Below are positions 61,059-64,000 of a DNA stretch of 64,000 nucleotides, piece after piece. A program made the translations under genes and the position numbers. This DNA comes from Candidatus Dadabacteria bacterium (GTDB lineage Bacteria; Desulfobacterota_D; UBA1144; Nemesobacterales; CSP1-2): the NCBI GenBank assembly GCA_963805855.1, contig CAWDVW010000005.1:288001-352000 (forward strand), written 5' to 3'. Within the stretch, counting starts at the first letter, position 1, and every line of letters starts with the position of its first letter. The notes under the pieces are model-generated. The model had not been told where the DNA came from. It did no database searches and saw only the letters and a list, made by a program, of their open reading frames with translations.

Positions 61059-63304
61059 TTATATCCGAAGAACTCGATAAGACCCTGAATAGGGCATACA
61101 GACATGCAAAGAATAGAAGACATGAGTTTGTAACGTTAGAACACATACTCCTTGCATTAACAGAGGATACCCATGCATTAGGAATCCTGATTGGGTGCGG
61201 AGTTGATGTGGAAGATCTTAAGAGGTCATTAGAAAAATTCATTGATGAGAAAATTTCTCCAATCAAGGGAAATGAAATTCCGGATCCCCAATACTCGCTG
61301 GGAAGCCAGCTAACGTTGCAACTGGCGGCCATGCATGTTCAATCAGCAGGTAAAGAAGAACTCGACAGCAGCAGTGTATTGGTAGCATTGTTCAGGGAAA
61401 AAGAATCTCATGCCGTCTATTTTCTAAATCAGCAAGGCCTGACACGTTACGATGTAGTTCGATTTATATCTCATGGAGACGCCGAGAATTTGGGAGACGA
61501 GAAGTCAGGAGCCTCTGTCGCTGAAAACGAAAAAACCAAAGAGTCCAAACCAAAAGACCCTCTACAGAGATTTTGCACAAATTTGGTGCAAAAGGCTAAA
61601 GACGGGAGAATCGATCCATTAATAGGTCGTGAGACAGAGATTGAACGAACAATTCATATACTGGCCAGAAGAAGAAAAAACAACCCGATATTTGTGGGTG
61701 ATGCCGGAGTCGGTAAGACAGCTATAGCCGAGGGACTTGCGCTTTATATCGTCGAAAACAGAGTCCCAGAGACTTTAAAGGATTTAAACATATATGCGTT
61801 GGATATGGGCTCCCTGACTGCGGGAACCCGCTATAGAGGAGACTTTGAAGAACGCCTAAAGGCGATTATTGACGCAGTCAAAGGTGACACGAATAAAGTA
61901 CTATTCATAGACGAGATCCAGACCGTAATAGGAGCAGGAGCCGTTTCTAGCGGCACGTTGGATGCTTCAAATATGTTGAAGCCCGCCCTTGCGAATGGTG
62001 AGATAAGATGCATAGGCACAACCACATTAAAAGATTATCGGAGTGTTTTTGAAAAAGACCACGCACTGGCTAGAAGATTCCAGAAAATTGACGTCTATGA
62101 GCCCAGCCAGGAAGAGACTATTAAAATTCTAATGGGCTTAAGGAATTATTATGAAAACTTTCACAACGTGAGCTACTCAAATGCCGCCCTTAAGGCCGCA
62201 GTCGAGTTATCAGCCAAGTATTTAAACGATAGACGATTGCCGGATAAGGCAATAGACATCATCGATGAGGCCGGCGCAGAGGTCAAGCTTCGAAACTATA
62301 AGTCAAAACTGAAGCAGGTTACTGTCAAAGATATAGAGTCCCTGGTCTCCAAGATTGCCAAAATACCGTCCAGAACTGTAAGAGTTGACGATCGGCAAAG
62401 ACTGATAACACTCTCGGATGACCTGAAAAAGGTTATATTTGGACAGGATTCCGCGATAGAAAAACTCGTAACCTCAATCCAGATGTCAAGAGCGGGTCTC
62501 AATGAACCACAAAAGCCGGTGGGCTCCTTTATGTTTGCGGGACCAACCGGTGTCGGAAAAACAGAGTCAGCCAAACAATTAGCCTCGTTGCTGGGCATAG
62601 AGTTTATTCGTTTTGACATGAGCGAATACATGGAAAAGCATACCGTTTCACGTCTGATCGGTTCACCACCCGGATATGTAGGCTTCGACCAGGGCGGTCA
62701 ACTTACAGAGGCAGTTAACCAACATCCCCACGCCGTATTGCTACTAGACGAAATTGAAAAGGCTCATGAAGATATTTACAACATATTATTACAGGTGATG
62801 GATCACGCTACGCTAACAGACTCAAATGGAAGAAAGGTCGACTTTAGACAGATAATCCTGATCCTGACGACCAATACCGGATCGAGGGAGAGCAGCAAAA
62901 GAACTACGGGATTTGGAAAGCACGAATACGAAGATAAGAGCGCTGAAGCCATTGATCGATACTTCAGCCCGGAGTTCAGAAACAGGCTAAACGCTATCGT
63001 ACACTTTAATTCACTCGACATGGAAGTCGTAAAGAAGATCGTCGATAAAATCATTGGCCAACTAGCCGAAAGATTAAAACCCAAAAAGGTAAATATTGGA
63101 CTTGAAGAAGGGGCGAGAACCTACCTGGCAGAAAAGGGATACGACTCAAGACTTGGAGCCAGACCAATTCAACGACTCATAGACGCAGAGATTACCGAAA
63201 GACTGTCAAAAGAAATCCTATTTGGGAAGCTGTCAACAGGGGGAAAGGCGCGAATCAAATTAAAAGGCAATAGGTTAAACATCGAAATCGATTCGATTAA
63301 CTAG
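61055..63304 (+). CDS. clpA: ATP-dependent Clp protease ATPase ClpA
   Basis: RHEFVTLEH, two AAA+ modules (GDAGVGKT, GPTGVGKT), RFDMSEYMEKH; overlaps the end of clpS. Confidence 0.96.
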   Translation: MIISEELDKTLNRAYRHAKNRRHEFVTLEHILLALTEDTHALGILIGCGVDVEDLKRSLEKFIDEKISPIKGNEIPDPQYSLGSQLTLQLAAMHVQSAGKEELDSSSVLVALFREKESHAVYFLNQQGLTRYDVVRFISHGDAENLGDEKSGASVAENEKTKESKPKDPLQRFCTNLVQKAKDGRIDPLIGRETEIERTIHILARRRKNNPIFVGDAGVGKTAIAEGLALYIVENRVPETLKDLNIYALDMGSLTAGTRYRGDFEERLKAIIDAVKGDTNKVLFIDEIQTVIGAGAVSSGTLDASNMLKPALANGEIRCIGTTTLKDYRSVFEKDHALARRFQKIDVYEPSQEETIKILMGLRNYYENFHNVSYSNAALKAAVELSAKYLNDRRLPDKAIDIIDEAGAEVKLRNYKSKLKQVTVKDIESLVSKIAKIPSRTVRVDDRQRLITLSDDLKKVIFGQDSAIEKLVTSIQMSRAGLNEPQKPVGSFMFAGPTGVGKTESAKQLASLLGIEFIRFDMSEYMEKHTVSRLIGSPPGYVGFDQGGQLTEAVNQHPHAVLLLDEIEKAHEDIYNILLQVMDHATLTDSNGRKVDFRQIILILTTNTGSRESSKRTTGFGKHEYEDKSAEAIDRYFSPEFRNRLNAIVHFNSLDMEVVKKIVDKIIGQLAERLKPKKVNIGLEEGARTYLAEKGYDSRLGARPIQRLIDAEITERLSKEILFGKLSTGGKARIKLKGNRLNIEIDSIN

Positions 63305-63505
63305 TCGAAAATACCCATAATAACCGATAGAATTCATCATCCGGTCAGATTTTTTTGCACCTAGAAGCCTTATTTCATCCAATACTGATTTATTCTCCAA
63401 TCCAAATTTCACTTTGATTTGATATTATCCACTAAAAGAAGTATATTTTGACACCTTTTTTTTAGTAGTCGGGTTGGCGTAGAATACTTTAGAGACAGGC
63501 TGCCG

Positions 63506-64000
63506 ATGGAGATGGGCTTATTCTTTAAGGGAATAGTTGTAGGAATCATCATAGCTACGCCCGTTGGACCAGTAGGCACGTTGTGCGTGCAGCGCACCCT
63601 TACAGAAGGAAAGATCAGCGGTTTCCTGACGGGACTCGGCGCTACAACCGCCGACGTGATTTTCGGTTTAATCGCGGCTTTTGGATTAACAGTGGTTTCC
63701 AACTTTCTGATTGACCAACAGGAATGGATTCGCCTTTTAGGTGGAATTATAATTTGCCTGATAGGTATAAGGATATTTTTTGTTAACACACGAAAGAAAA
63801 TAACCCCGACCAGAAGCCCAAGTCTTTTTAGTGCATTCGGGTCAGCCTTTTTAATCGCCATTACCAATCCGATCACCATTATTACATTCGCCGTCATGTT
63901 CGCAGGATTTGGATTAGTAGGTTCAAATGCAAAATATGGATCCGCGAGTCTAACAGTCTTCGGGGTATTCGTCGGTTCAGGCTTGATATGGCTCACGCTG
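63506..64000 (+). CDS. LysE/RhtB family translocator (runs off the window end)
   Basis: Manual translation MEMGLFFKGIVVGIIIATPVGPVGTLCVQRTLTEGKISGFLTGLGATTAD...AITNPITI. Confidence 0.88.
   Translation, partial: MEMGLFFKGIVVGIIIATPVGPVGTLCVQRTLTEGKISGFLTGLGATTADVIFGLIAAFGLTVVSNFLIDQQEWIRLLGGIIICLIGIRIFFVNTRKKITPTRSPSLFSAFGSAFLIAITNPITIITFAVMFAGFGLVGSNAKYGSASLTVFGVFVGSGLIWLTL

Noticed and set aside
63409-63996. 195-aa minus-strand ORF
   Set aside because: It is the antisense shadow of the plus-strand LysE-family gene starting at 63506.

Overview
A 64 kb bacterial chromosomal segment of moderate GC. It is mostly housekeeping and metabolic genes: partial secA, smc, ppiD-like, thiolase/DUF35, F420 genes cofD/cofG/cofH/cofE, cysE-iscS, argC, gap-pgk-fbaB-fbp, ispB, methylmalonyl-CoA mutase, a cytochrome c-FTR1 iron permease, queC/queE and clpS-clpA. 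Two accessory regions stand out. (1) At about 20.5-24.6 kb a higBA toxin-antitoxin pair sits next to a complete diversity-generating retroelement (DGR) on the minus strand, in the order DUF1566/Lcl-type target gene (VR) - avd - TR - RT. TR and VR differ at about 30 positions, all TR adenines. The RT carries a C-terminal MutS-domain-I-like fusion, the VR has one codon more than the TR, and the target gene has several frameshifts. (2) At about 45-58.5 kb an island of secreted proteins and lipoproteins includes an adjacent dockerin-bearing beta-helix protein and cohesin lipoprotein, a GH76-like lipoprotein and a candidate sRNA with anti-Shine-Dalgarno motifs. Intergenic DNA holds several dispersed repeat families, including REP-like palindromes nested inside one another. 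I saw no rRNA, tRNA or CRISPR array. All calls come from reading the sequence and recognising motifs; no database searches were run.
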